A DNA stretch of 64,000 nucleotides, from NCBI GenBank assembly GCA_015064355.1, contig SVSJ01000007.1:7435-71434 (forward strand), read 5' to 3'. Each line of letters opens with the position of its first letter. Position 1 is the first letter of the stretch. Positions 1-9,101 of the stretch are shown here, piece after piece. The translations under genes were made by a program, and so were the position numbers. This stretch comes from Oscillospiraceae bacterium (GTDB lineage Bacteria; Bacillota; Clostridia; Oscillospirales; CAG-272). Under the pieces are notes generated by a model. That model was not told the origin of the DNA and did not search any database. It saw only the letters and a list, made by a program, of their open reading frames with translations.

Positions 1-242
1 CTCGACACCGCAACAGGCAAGCCTGCCGATGCAAGAACCGCAAACATATTGTATATGTCGTATGCTGAATAGAAATTACTCATATCCACGCTTTCCATAT
101 TAGCAATGGGTATGGTAAAGAGAAGTCCCGCTATTTTTACAAAAGCGGTTGAAATTGTCAGGATAAACGCTCCCTCAAGGAAGGAGGACTTTGTGTTTGT
201 ATTTTTCAGAACAAAACCTTCTTTTCGAGTAAATTTTTGCAT
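1..242 (-). CDS. MOP-superfamily flippase (SpoVB / polysaccharide-biosynthesis-protein-like); N-terminal fragment running off the left edge
   Basis: Absent from the ORF track because there is no stop in the window. The reverse complement of 242..1 reads MQKFTRKEGFVLKNTNTKSSFLEGAFILTISTAFVKIAGLLFTIPIANMESVDMSNFYSAYDIYNMFAVLASAGLPVAVS. This is the typical TM1-loop-TM2 N-terminus of SpoVB/MurJ-like flippases. Confidence 0.6.
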   Translation of the reverse strand, partial: MQKFTRKEGFVLKNTNTKSSFLEGAFILTISTAFVKIAGLLFTIPIANMESVDMSNFYSAYDIYNMFAVLASAGLPVAVS

Positions 243-249
243 TATATCA

Positions 250-278
250 ATTTTAGCACATAGACCGCGCAAAGTCAA
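250..278 (-). promoter_or_regulatory. Putative sigma-A promoter for the flippase gene; the transcript may be leaderless
   Basis: Minus strand reads TTGACT (278..273), a 17-nt spacer, then TAAAAT (255..250). Only 7 nt separate the -10 from the ATG at 242, and there is no Shine-Dalgarno sequence. Confidence 0.4.
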
Positions 279-303
279 GTTAGAGATGAGTCAACTTATA
301 ATC

Positions 304-3039
304 TCAAATGATCTCTACCCTGCTCTCGCCGCCCTGCTTTGTAACGACGATTTTGCGCTCGATCTTCTCCCTGAGTGCCCCAACATGGGAGATGATTCCC
401 ACAGACCGTCCGCCCGATTGGGATTCGAGTACTGTAAGGGCCGTTTCAAGGGAGGTATCGTCAAGAGAACCGAAGCCCTCGTCTATGAACATCGCGTCGA
501 TCTTTACACCACCTGATTCTGCTTCTGTTTCGTCGGACAAAGCGAGCGCCAGAGCCAAGGATGCGGCAAACGACTCACCGCCCGACAAGGTGCAGACATT
601 TCGCGTGCTTCCGTTCCAGTGATCCACAATGTCAAGCTCAAGGCCGGATTTACCGCGACCGTCGGTGGAATTCTTCCGTCTCCTGAGCTCATATCGACCG
701 TCAGTCATCTGCATAAGTCGGAGATTTGCCCGACGGATGATCTGCTCAAACAACCTGATCTGCCAAAATGTCTCAAGCATAATTTTATCTTTTCCCTTAA
801 CCGTACCGTTTGCAGTATCGGAAATTGCGGCAAGGTGGCTGAGTTTGATTTCTGTTTGTGCGAGACCGGAGAGGGTATCTCTGAGCATTTTTGCAGCGGT
901 GCGGTTTCTCTCTGTACGCGAGGTGGCACTAATCATCCGCCCCTGAATCTCCCGCTGCATTGCCTCAAGTCGCCCTGAAAGCTCTGCGTATTCCTCGCAC
1001 TTGTCAGCTATACTGTTATTAAGCTGCGTTTTTATGGTTTCAAGGGCAGCGCGGGCAGATTCACGTTCAATTTTAGCCTGTTCTGCAAGCTTTTTGATCC
1101 GGTTCCATTCTGATTCAAGGCGGTCAGCCCCGGCGCAAAGCTTGGAAATTTCCAAGTCAAGCTCTGTCTTTGACGCAAACGGCAGTCTTTTTCTTATGGA
1201 GTCGTATCTTTCTTGCTTTTCTGTAGCAGAGGCATTTTGCGCCGCAAGCTGAGTGTTCAGCTTTTCAATATCTGCCTTTTCACGCTCATTGAGGGCGTTA
1301 ATTCTGTCAAGATGCTCCGTTGCTTCTCTAAGACTATTTGCGATCTCCGGTTTCTTTGACAGGCTGAATTCAAGATCACCTATAAGTTTTTTTAGTAAAT
1401 CCACTTCCCTGCGGGTTGATGCCAAAGCATCGGCTATGTCCTCACCGTCAGAGAGGAACATATCAATGGCTGATTTCAGTTCTGACGCAGTATTGCGTTT
1501 GAGACTCACGTCAATTGCCGCCTGCTCCGCTTCACCGGATATTCTGTCGTTTTCTGCTGAAAGCTCCTCGATCTCCTCCGGTGTTATCCCGGAATCGTCG
1601 ATTTGAGCGGGAGTGGGATGAACCACAGATCCGCAAACTGGACACGGCTCACCCGCGACAAGCTTTGCGGACAGCACCCCTGCGATACCGTCAAGATACG
1701 CTCTGGTTTTTCTCGAGTACAGTTCCCGCATTTCCGTCATTTTCTGAACCGCTTTTGCATATTTACTTTCTGCTGATTTAAGCTCAACTATGGTGCTCTG
1801 ATATTTTTCTATAACAGTAAGCCTATGGTTTTCCTCTGCAAATTTGCCTTTTGCATCAGCAAGCTGAGCTTCTTTCTCGGTCATTTCGTCAGCCTTTGAG
1901 AGCAGTTCTTTGATAAGGGCGGATTTCTCCTCGGCCTCTGCCCGTATAAGCTCCAGTCTGGCAACCTTCTTATGAAGCTGGTCTTTTGTCACATCCCGGC
2001 GGGAGCAAGCCTCGGTCAGCTCTGCAAAAATTAGCTCAAACTCATCGTAATCTCTTGAAGTATTGCGATATTCCGCTGCCTTTTCCCGCATTGACGCTAT
2101 CTGCGCACCGAAAACGCGGGATTTTGCTTCCTTTTCTGTGATTGCGGCAAGCTCATCTTCCGCTTTTTCAAGGATCACTTCGGCTTCTTTTTTGCGAGAC
2201 TCATTATTTCTGTCCGATTCCGCCCGGCTGAGAAGAACACGACTTTCCTTGAGCTTTCTCTCAACCTCTTCTCCCTCACGGACTATTCTGTTTATTATTT
2301 CCCGCTCCGTCTTGTCGGATTCGTCAAGGGAAGCTGAAAGGTTATCATAATTCACGTATGGAACCTCTGACAGAAGAGCCGCCAGCTCCTCGTCGTCGGT
2401 TTCGATCATTTCCGCATATCCACGTGCAGTCTGGCGCACAAGCTCTGCGTTTCCAAGCTCTGCTCTGTATTCCTCCTTTGCCCGTTCCGCAAATGTAGCG
2501 AACAACTCAGTCTTGAATATACTGCGGAGGATCTCCATTCTCTTTTCCGTCTTCGTTATAAGAAGATCGCGGAACTCCCCTTGGGCTATCATAACCGTGC
2601 GGCGAAATCTGTCTCGGTCAAGGCCGATTATTTCGCAAACAGCTCCTGTTACGTCACGGTGTTTGTTCACCCGACGTCCGTCTGGGTAGTCAAGCCACGC
2701 TTCAGTTGATTTTTCCTCGCACAGCACACCTTTTTTCAGTTTTTCCTTGCCCCATTCACGGTACACGGTGTAGGTCTTGCCGTCATTTTCAAAGATCAGC
2801 TTAACATAGGTCATGTCCTCAGGCTTTGCGTACTTGCTTCGCAGCATAGAGGATTCGCGAGTGTTTCCGCTGGGTTCACCGTATAAGGCATAGGTGATAG
2901 CATCGAAAAGCATAGTCTTTCCCGAGCCTGTGTCCCCGCAGATCAAGTATAGCCCGCCTTTTGTCAGCGAAGTCAGGTCAAGATCGGTGGTTTTGGAGTA
3001 AGGCCCGAATGCCTGCATTGTCAAATGTAACGGTCTCAT
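304..3039 (-). CDS. sbcC: SbcC / Rad50-family ATPase subunit of the SbcCD nuclease
   Basis: N-terminal Walker A GDTGSGKT, long coiled-coil middle, CxxC zinc hook (GEPCPVCGS), C-terminal signature LSGGE and Walker B FIDEGFGSLD. Its start overlaps the sbcD stop by 4 nt. Confidence 0.9.
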   Translation of the reverse strand: MRPLHLTMQAFGPYSKTTDLDLTSLTKGGLYLICGDTGSGKTMLFDAITYALYGEPSGNTRESSMLRSKYAKPEDMTYVKLIFENDGKTYTVYREWGKEKLKKGVLCEEKSTEAWLDYPDGRRVNKHRDVTGAVCEIIGLDRDRFRRTVMIAQGEFRDLLITKTEKRMEILRSIFKTELFATFAERAKEEYRAELGNAELVRQTARGYAEMIETDDEELAALLSEVPYVNYDNLSASLDESDKTEREIINRIVREGEEVERKLKESRVLLSRAESDRNNESRKKEAEVILEKAEDELAAITEKEAKSRVFGAQIASMREKAAEYRNTSRDYDEFELIFAELTEACSRRDVTKDQLHKKVARLELIRAEAEEKSALIKELLSKADEMTEKEAQLADAKGKFAEENHRLTVIEKYQSTIVELKSAESKYAKAVQKMTEMRELYSRKTRAYLDGIAGVLSAKLVAGEPCPVCGSVVHPTPAQIDDSGITPEEIEELSAENDRISGEAEQAAIDVSLKRNTASELKSAIDMFLSDGEDIADALASTRREVDLLKKLIGDLEFSLSKKPEIANSLREATEHLDRINALNEREKADIEKLNTQLAAQNASATEKQERYDSIRKRLPFASKTELDLEISKLCAGADRLESEWNRIKKLAEQAKIERESARAALETIKTQLNNSIADKCEEYAELSGRLEAMQREIQGRMISATSRTERNRTAAKMLRDTLSGLAQTEIKLSHLAAISDTANGTVKGKDKIMLETFWQIRLFEQIIRRANLRLMQMTDGRYELRRRKNSTDGRGKSGLELDIVDHWNGSTRNVCTLSGGESFAASLALALALSDETEAESGGVKIDAMFIDEGFGSLDDTSLETALTVLESQSGGRSVGIISHVGALREKIERKIVVTKQGGESRVEII

Positions 3040-4175
3040 CTGCCTACCTCACCCATTATTTCTTTCATAATTCTCTTTACTATATTCATTTCCGCCTCAC
3101 CGGCAGGCGCGTTGTTTTGTATTTCATATAGCTCTGAAAAAACGTCTTCCGGGGTGAGTGCCTCCATTTCATACCGAGAAAGGCTGTCCACAGATTTGTA
3201 TTCACGGGTTCTGGCGTTGTCGTAAGTGAGCCTAAGCATATTCGGATACGCCACTCGGAGCTTCTGCACTACATCCGGAATGTCCTCGTTGTCTGTGAGG
3301 ATAATTCTGACGTAGTCGAGGCTGTCCCCAGAATTTCTGCATTCCAGGGACATTACATAGTCATATTCTCCCTTTATCTCCCGCATCTCGTGAATCTGGT
3401 GAAGGGGAACGCGGTGAAGTGTCACCTTGCCCTTTTCGCCTATCTCCAAGATCTCAACGGATTTTGTGTCATTCACCTCTGAAAAAGAGCACTTCAAAGG
3501 TGAGCCGCTGTATCTTACCGTGTCATTTCCCACGTGGTGAGGTGAGTGAAGATGGCCGACAGCCGTATAATCAAATGGCGCAAACACCCTGTAGTCAACC
3601 GCCATTATTCCGCCCACGTTATCTTCCCTCGTCGCCCTTGGGTCTGCCACAAACTGATGGGTCACAAGAACGTTTCGCTCGCTTTGGTCAATGTTCATCC
3701 GGCTGATAACAAACTTCACGGCATCGGTGTATGTTTCACCGCAAAACTCCGGATACAGGGCACAGACGGTTGATGGTCTCAGAAAAGGCAAGAGCCAGAT
3801 GTTGACCCGCCCGAATTCGTCCTCAAAAGTAGCAGGCTCGATATTCCCGTCGTACACAGGAGAGAAATGAACCCCCATTTTCCCCAGCAGAGATGCCATA
3901 TATGCAACCCTCTCCGGCGAATCGTGATTTCCGGATACAGCAAACACTGCGATTCCGAGATCGGCAAGTTCCGTAACGAATTTATCAAAAATCGCAACTG
4001 AATCCGCGCCCGGATTGCTTCTGTCGTATATGTCTCCGGCTACAATAACACCGTCGCACTTTTCGGTTTTCGCTATGTATATTATTTCACAGAGGAGATG
4101 TTCTATATCATCATTCATCGGTCTCTCGCAAAGGCGAAGCCCAAGATGCAGGTCAGAGGTGTGAAGCAGCTTCAT
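3036..4175 (-). CDS. sbcD: SbcD / Mre11-family nuclease subunit
   Basis: Calcineurin-like phosphoesterase motifs are present: MKLLHTSDLHLG, GDIYD, GNHD, GHLH. I prefer the ATG at 4175 (GGAG 6 nt upstream) over the TTG at 4187 used in the ORF track. Confidence 0.9.
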   Translation of the reverse strand: MKLLHTSDLHLGLRLCERPMNDDIEHLLCEIIYIAKTEKCDGVIVAGDIYDRSNPGADSVAIFDKFVTELADLGIAVFAVSGNHDSPERVAYMASLLGKMGVHFSPVYDGNIEPATFEDEFGRVNIWLLPFLRPSTVCALYPEFCGETYTDAVKFVISRMNIDQSERNVLVTHQFVADPRATREDNVGGIMAVDYRVFAPFDYTAVGHLHSPHHVGNDTVRYSGSPLKCSFSEVNDTKSVEILEIGEKGKVTLHRVPLHQIHEMREIKGEYDYVMSLECRNSGDSLDYVRIILTDNEDIPDVVQKLRVAYPNMLRLTYDNARTREYKSVDSLSRYEMEALTPEDVFSELYEIQNNAPAGEAEMNIVKRIMKEIMGEVGR

Positions 4176-4309
4176 AAATTTCTCCAATCATTGACATTCT
4201 ACAAATATTAGTATATACTGTATCTTGAAAAATTCAAGTTCAATAAGTAAACTTTGATAGAAAATCTGATTTTTGAGAAAAAAGTCTGGCTCTATAGGAG
4301 GATTAAGGC

Positions 4310-5368
4310 ATGAAAAAACTTTGTCTCATTGGTTGCGGCGGAATCGGCAGTCACCATCTTGACGAGCTTCTCCGTTTGGAGGATCTGGTAGAGGTAGTGG
4401 GAGTGTGCGATTTTGACGAAGAAAGGGCGCAGAAGCTGGCAAAGCGCGCAAGCTCCGCAAAGGCTTACACCGACTACTTAAAAATGCTCGACGAAGCTTC
4501 CCCCGACATGGTATTCATTTGCGTTCCTCCATACTGCCATGGTGATATAGAGCTTGAAGTTATCCGTCGCGGCATCCATTTCTTTGTGGAAAAGCCGGTC
4601 GCCCTCGACATTGATCTTGCTCGTCAGATTCGCGATGCCGCAGAGGAAAAAGGGCTGATCACTTCGGTGGGATTCCAGTGCCGATATTCAAATACTGTTG
4701 CTCCCGCCCTTGAATTCTGTAATTCCAAGGAGATCATTTGCGTAGACTGCACACGCATCGGTCACGTTCCCGGCGCATTCTGGTGGAGAGACCGGGAGCT
4801 TTCCGGCGGGCAGCTTGTTGAGCAGACAATTCATCAGCTTGATATTATCAGATACCTTATGGGAGAGCCTGAAGAGGTATTCACATACAACACACGAGGC
4901 TTTGTGAAGGGTGTAACAGATTACGATACTGATGACTGCTCTGTAACGGTAGTAAAATTCAAAAACGGTGCTCTTGGAACAATCACCTCCGGCTGCTACT
5001 CCAAAGACGGTAAGTGCTTTGATTCAAAGATCGTCTTTTCAGCAGCAGATTCCCGTGCGGAGCTTAAAATCACCGAAAAGCTGACTGTATTTGCTGAAAT
5101 AGCTGATGACAAAAGATCACTGAAGGAGCTGGCAACTGCAATTGACAGCGGCATTTGCAAGCAGATCAACGAAACAACTCTCGAATACCCCGCTGATGCT
5201 GAAAACGAAAGCTTCCTCTGCGTCAAGGCGTTTATTGAGGCTGTGGCCGGCAGTGACAAGAGTATGATCCGCTCCGATTACCGAGACGCCACACGGTCTC
5301 TCGCTTTCTCCCTGGCTTGCAACGAATCAATGAAAACAGGGCAGCCTGTCAAGGTTGTTACCGAATAA
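4310..5368 (+). CDS. Gfo/Idh/MocA-family NAD(P)-dependent oxidoreductase
   Basis: N-terminal Rossmann motif LIGCGGIGSHH, an EKP motif (FVEKPVA) and a C-terminal alpha/beta domain. RBS is AGGAGG. Confidence 0.8.
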   Translation: MKKLCLIGCGGIGSHHLDELLRLEDLVEVVGVCDFDEERAQKLAKRASSAKAYTDYLKMLDEASPDMVFICVPPYCHGDIELEVIRRGIHFFVEKPVALDIDLARQIRDAAEEKGLITSVGFQCRYSNTVAPALEFCNSKEIICVDCTRIGHVPGAFWWRDRELSGGQLVEQTIHQLDIIRYLMGEPEEVFTYNTRGFVKGVTDYDTDDCSVTVVKFKNGALGTITSGCYSKDGKCFDSKIVFSAADSRAELKITEKLTVFAEIADDKRSLKELATAIDSGICKQINETTLEYPADAENESFLCVKAFIEAVAGSDKSMIRSDYRDATRSLAFSLACNESMKTGQPVKVVTE

Positions 5369-5412
5369 ACAAAAAACGGTAGATCTCTCTACCGTTTATT
5401 TTTTGTCTTATT

Positions 5413-7170
5413 TTACACAGTTGCGTTTCTTATAACGTATTTATCTGCGAACTCCTTGTATTTTTCCTTGTAATATTCACTGTCGGACTTCATTACGCGG
5501 AGAGATTCATGGAGATTGAGATTGTGTTCGGCTGCATCAATTACACCGCCTGCGATATTGGAGCAGTGGTCAGATGTGCGTTCAAGGCTTGTAATGATGT
5601 CATTCCAAACGAAGCCTGTTTCTATGCTGCATTCGCTCTTCTGGAGACGGATGATATGGCTTGTACGGAGAACATCCTTCAGTTTGTCGATAACCTGCTC
5701 GAGAGGTTCAACGGCAGATGCAACCTGTGTGTCCTCATTAATAAATGCATCAAGTGTGAGATCAAGAATCTCTCTTACAGCAAGGCAAAGGACGTCGATC
5801 TCGTGAGATGCCGCGGGAGATAGTGTGAGGCTCTTGTCCTTCATTTCCTCAGCAGACTCAACAATGTTTACAGCATGGTCGGAAATACGCTCAAAGTCAC
5901 CGATTATCTTAAGGAGCTTGGTAGATTCTGTACTGTCGTGCTCGCTGATCTGGTGTGTGCTGAGCTTAACAAGATATGTGCCTATAACGTCCTCGAAGTG
6001 GTCAGTCTTGTCTTCGGCCTCACGAACTGATGCTGCAACTTCCTCTGAATACTGCTTGAGACAAAGGAGGCTGTCCTTCATTGCACCGATTGCAACCTTT
6101 GCCATATCCTGTGCTACGATGTTGCAGCGTTCAAGAGCAACGGAGGGGGTAACAAGGAGACGCTCGTCAAGTTCGACTTTCTTTTCGGGAGCCTTTCCTT
6201 CGGGCACGAGCTTATATGCGAGCTTTTCAAGGAGACCGGACATAGGCAGGAGAAGGAGAGTACAAAGTATGTTAAATATGGTGTGAGCAGTTGCTATTCC
6301 ACCCATTGTAGCTGCCTGTCCAAACAGAGCCGGCGAGAGAATTGCGTCCACTGTCCAGAATGCTGCAAGCCATACTGCCGTGCCGATCACGTTGAATGAG
6401 AGGTGAACAATTGCGGCTCTCTTTGCATTCTTATTTGTACCGAAGGATGAGAGGATCGCCGTGATACAAGTACCGATATTCTGACCCATAATGATCGGGA
6501 TAGCCGCACCGTATGATACAGCACCGGTCTTTGCAAGAGCCTGAAGAATACCAACGGAAGCAGAGCTGGACTGGAGCAATGCAGTAAGAAGTGCACCAAC
6601 AATTACGCCGAACAGGGGATTTTCAAACATAACAAATAACTGTTGGAATGCGGGGATATCCTTAAGTCCAGACACAGCATTTGTCATTATGTCCATACCA
6701 AACATAAGAGTTGCAAATCCGAGAAGGATTGTTCCCGTGTCCTTCTTTTTCGTTGACTTGCAGAACATATAGAACACTATACCAATAAGCGCAAGGACCG
6801 GAGTGAAGGACATAGGCTTCAGCAATTTCAGGAAAATGCTATCTCCGCTTACTCCGCCCAGAGAAAGGATCCACGCAGTAACAGTTGTACCTACGTTTGC
6901 TCCCATGATAACATTAATTGCTTGGCGCAGAGTCATAAGGCTCGAGTTTACAAAGCCTACGACCATAACCGTAGTTGCTGATGAGCTTTGTATGATCGCG
7001 GTTACACCAAAACCTGTAATGAAGCCCATAAATCTATTTGTAGTGAGCTTGCCGAGAAGTGACTGGAGACTGCTTCCCGCCCGTCTTTCAAGTGCCTGAC
7101 CCATGATGTTCATGCCAAAGAGGAACAAACAAAGGCCGCCGATTAGTGTGAGTGCGTCAAAAATTGTCAT
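5413..7170 (-). CDS. Na/Pi-cotransporter family protein with a PhoU-like C-terminal domain
   Basis: Duplicated QSSSA(T/S) motifs lie in a polytopic N-terminal half (AIIQSSSATTVM, LLQSSSASVGIL). The soluble helical C-terminal half carries repeated ERISDH / ERTSDH PhoU-type motifs. Confidence 0.85.
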   Translation of the reverse strand: MTIFDALTLIGGLCLFLFGMNIMGQALERRAGSSLQSLLGKLTTNRFMGFITGFGVTAIIQSSSATTVMVVGFVNSSLMTLRQAINVIMGANVGTTVTAWILSLGGVSGDSIFLKLLKPMSFTPVLALIGIVFYMFCKSTKKKDTGTILLGFATLMFGMDIMTNAVSGLKDIPAFQQLFVMFENPLFGVIVGALLTALLQSSSASVGILQALAKTGAVSYGAAIPIIMGQNIGTCITAILSSFGTNKNAKRAAIVHLSFNVIGTAVWLAAFWTVDAILSPALFGQAATMGGIATAHTIFNILCTLLLLPMSGLLEKLAYKLVPEGKAPEKKVELDERLLVTPSVALERCNIVAQDMAKVAIGAMKDSLLCLKQYSEEVAASVREAEDKTDHFEDVIGTYLVKLSTHQISEHDSTESTKLLKIIGDFERISDHAVNIVESAEEMKDKSLTLSPAASHEIDVLCLAVREILDLTLDAFINEDTQVASAVEPLEQVIDKLKDVLRTSHIIRLQKSECSIETGFVWNDIITSLERTSDHCSNIAGGVIDAAEHNLNLHESLRVMKSDSEYYKEKYKEFADKYVIRNATV

Positions 7171-7393
7171 GTTTTTTACCTTTCTTGATTTTTCTTTTTT
7201 CTTTCTTCTTTATTTCTACTCTACAAACTTCCGAGGGCTTTGGAAAATTATTCCCAACCTCCCTCATTTTACATTATACTAACAAAAACCCGCAAATTGG
7301 TTAACAAAAACACCAAATTTTGTTAAAATAAAATTAACAATAAGACTACAAATATTATAATCTTAAATATTTGATTAAAAAGGCTCAATTCCC

Positions 7394-7422
7394 TTGACAA
7401 AACTGATGATATATATTATAAT
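7394..7422 (+). promoter_or_regulatory. Sigma-A promoter upstream of the CNNM/CorC gene
   Basis: TTGACA (7394-7399), exact 17-nt spacer, TATAAT (7417-7422). This leaves a leader of about 190 nt. Confidence 0.6.
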
Positions 7423-7618
7423 AGTAAATTGAACGCATATAAACACACGTTGAAGATGTGCGGCGCAGAGCTTTTGTTCTGTGAAAAACAAAGTGCTCTT
7501 CCCTGCAGCATTTCCCTGCCTGTTACACTAAAAGTTTCAGCCAAATCTGCCGCCGGAAGTCACTGCCTATAAAACGGCTTGGTGTGTCTTCAATACATAG
7601 AAAGAGGTAAATTTTACT

Positions 7619-8974
7619 TTGGATCCTGATTCTGCAGCGATATTGTTACTTGTACAGGTAATTCTCATTGCGCTTAACGCTGTTTTTGCAAGCGCAGAGA
7701 TCGCTATTCTCTCGGTTAATGAAACCAAACTGGCTAAGCTGGCTTCGGAAGGCAACAAGCGTGCTAAACGACTGCTCAAGCTTACTGAACAGCCCGCAAG
7801 ATTCCTGGCTACCATTCAGGTTGCTATTACTCTTGCAGGATTTCTCGGAAGTGCCTTTGCCGCCGACCATTTTTCTGAGCCCATCGTTGATTGGCTTGTT
7901 GGCCTTGGCGTAAAGATTCCCGAAGCAACTCTCGACACGATCGCAGTTATTTTCATCACGCTGGTTCTCTCCTACTTTACCCTTGTTTTCGGTGAGTTGG
8001 TACCCAAGCGTGTTGCAATGAAAAAAACCGAAAAGTTGGCCCTTGCGCTGTCCGGACTTATCTGCTTTATGTCCTCTCTCTTTAAGCCCGTGGTATGGTT
8101 CCTTACCATTTCCAACAATGCTGTCCTTCGACTTATGGGCATCGACCCCAACGAAGCGGACGAGCAGGCAAGTGAAGAAGAGATCATTCTGATGGTTGAC
8201 GCAAGTGCTGAAAGCGGCACCATAGACCACGAAGAAAAAGAACTTATCCAGAACGTATTTGAGTTTGACGACTTAACAGCAGGCGAAATCGCTACACACC
8301 GTACTGACGTTGATCTACTTTGGCTTGAAGAGTCAATGGAAGAATGGGCTGAGACCATTCACAAGTCACGTCACACTCTGTACCCTGTTTGCGAGGATTC
8401 TGCCGACAACGTAATCGGTATTCTCAACGCCAAGGATTATTTCCGACTTGACGATAAGAACCGCGAAAACGTTATGACAGAGGCTGTCAGACCCGCATAT
8501 TTCGTTCCTGAAAACATAAAAGCCGATGTTCTCTTCAGAAATATGAAGAAGAGCGGTAACACCCTCGCTGTTGTTCTTGACGAATACGGCGGAATGGTTG
8601 GTATCGTAACAACTAACGACCTTGTTGAATGTATCGTTGGTGACCTTGGCGAAGATGAAGCCGATAACACAGGCGATGAACCCAAGATGAAGAAAACCGG
8701 CGAGGACACTTGGTCGATAACCGGAAACATCGAGCTTGACGACATCGAAAAAGAGATCGGAATCGAGCTTGAGCGCGGCGAATTCGACACCTTCACAGGT
8801 CTTGTGTTCGGCACACTGGGCATTATTCCCGACGACGGTGACCAGGACATTAATCTGGACACAACTCATCTTAAGATCCACGTAAGCAAGGTTGAGGATC
8901 ATCAAATCTCCGAAGCTTCCATTCAAGTTATCATTCCCGAAGAGGAAGAAAACGAGGAAGAGGACGACAAATAA
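7619..8974 (+). CDS. CNNM (DUF21)-CBS-CorC_HlyC 'hemolysin family' protein, a putative Mg2+/Co2+ efflux type
   Basis: Four N-terminal TM helices with SAEIAILSVN, a CBS pair, a C-terminal CorC/HlyC transporter-associated domain and an acidic tail. The start codon is TTG. Confidence 0.85.
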   Translation: MDPDSAAILLLVQVILIALNAVFASAEIAILSVNETKLAKLASEGNKRAKRLLKLTEQPARFLATIQVAITLAGFLGSAFAADHFSEPIVDWLVGLGVKIPEATLDTIAVIFITLVLSYFTLVFGELVPKRVAMKKTEKLALALSGLICFMSSLFKPVVWFLTISNNAVLRLMGIDPNEADEQASEEEIILMVDASAESGTIDHEEKELIQNVFEFDDLTAGEIATHRTDVDLLWLEESMEEWAETIHKSRHTLYPVCEDSADNVIGILNAKDYFRLDDKNRENVMTEAVRPAYFVPENIKADVLFRNMKKSGNTLAVVLDEYGGMVGIVTTNDLVECIVGDLGEDEADNTGDEPKMKKTGEDTWSITGNIELDDIEKEIGIELERGEFDTFTGLVFGTLGIIPDDGDQDINLDTTHLKIHVSKVEDHQISEASIQVIIPEEEENEEEDDK

Positions 8975-8981
8975 ACATAAT

Positions 8982-9014
8982 AAGCAGCAGGACTACGGTC
9001 AGGCTGCTTTTTTG
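8982..9014 (+). terminator. Rho-independent terminator
   Basis: Stem AGCAGC/GCTGCT followed by a T-run. Confidence 0.55.
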
Positions 9015-9101
9015 TTGCATTTTTTCACCGAAAATTCTTGCCCTATCCTTGTCTTTATGGTATAATGCAGTTATCAATTAAACGAACCTGTGAGGTACAT
9101 T

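Noticed and set aside
1-72. A plus-strand reading frame ending at TAG 70-72 as the 3' end of a gene.
   Set aside because: The same region on the minus strand continues the SpoVB-like flippase N-terminus with convincing TM-helix sequence. The plus-strand peptide (LDTATGKPADARTANILYMSYAE) has no recognisable features.
304-4187. SbcC/SbcD interpreted as an SMC-type anti-phage system (Lamassu- or Wadjet-like).
   Set aside because: This is the canonical two-gene sbcD-sbcC arrangement, with Mre11 phosphoesterase motifs, Rad50-type Walker A/B, and a CxxC zinc hook. No extra effector genes are present. It is housekeeping DNA repair.
7430-7618. An M-box (Mg2+ riboswitch) call for the CNNM gene leader.
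   Set aside because: Only two short stretches resemble M-box segments, and they occur in the wrong order. The GTTAGGTGAGGC core is absent. I kept the region as an unclassified structured leader instead.
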